Source of the DNA: Camelus dromedarius
Lineage: Eukaryota
DNA length: 64,000 bases
Reading direction: 5' to 3'
NCBI RefSeq assembly: GCF_036321535.1
Contig: NC_087436.1
Span: 74,960,001-75,024,000 of the forward strand
Shown here: piece after piece, positions 63,566-64,000 of the stretch
How positions within the stretch are numbered: the first letter of the stretch is position 1
Layout: the number at the start of each line of letters is the position of its first letter
The notes under the pieces: model-generated
Databases searched by the model: none
Told to the model about the DNA's origin: nothing
The model's input: the letters and a program-made list of their open reading frames with translations, nothing else
Made by a program: the position numbers and the translations under genes

Positions 63566-64000
63566 TGGAGTTGGCCAACCACCTCTGGGCTTCTGGACCC
63601 ACTATTCCATTAACCTGCTTCTCTCCAGGTCCAGAGGGTCTAAAGAGTGAGTGAGCCAACAGGGAAACAAAGAACAAGAATTTTCCTTTCCTTCATTGTC
63701 AGATTTGTTATTTCCATTTCTTCCTTCCTTCCTTCCTTCCTTTTCATCTTCTCTTTCAAGATGAGAGGGTAATAGAATCAAATGAACTTTCCACAGAATG
63801 AAAGAGGCTTAATTATGTCAAGAGTTGAGCTTCTTATTCAATTATTCAAATAAATAAATTGGCCATTATATTTCCTTCAGTCTCAGTTGTATTTTAATTC
63901 TTTGCATACTTTGAAGATATTTTTATTAATGAACATAAACATAACTATTTGAACAATAATGAAAAATGAGGAGTCTATGATTCTAACTGCCAGAGTTGGG

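Noticed and set aside
1..64000. CRISPR array, operon or other prokaryotic/phage system
   Set aside because: The window is mammalian repeat-rich DNA with no repeat-spacer array or dense coding; the recurring sequences are dispersed L1 3' ends.

Overview
Mammalian non-coding (intergenic or deep intronic) DNA, dominated by repeats. It is probably camelid, because it carries a tRNA-Ala-derived vic-1-type SINE and matching young L1 3' ends; this is an inference from remembered consensus sequences, not a database search. I find no intact protein-coding gene, RNA gene or CpG island, and almost every ORF in the track is an L1, L2 or ERV remnant or a chance ORF. Two gene-derived relics stand out. One is a decayed, intronless alpha-tubulin fragment (about 34061-34425, +). 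The other is a frameshifted KRAB-A retrocopy (about 58561-58850, -) that has lost its upstream intron but kept its downstream splice donor. The rest is layered transposon history: a two-LTR ERVL provirus nested in an antisense LTR, a MaLR element carrying a SINE and an ERV1 solo LTR, several young L1 3' ends with clean target-site duplications (TSDs), a twin-primed L1, and an old full-length L1 whose interior was replaced by a younger L1. I cannot support a genuinely new biological system here. Repeat subfamily names are from memory and boundaries without a TSD are approximate.
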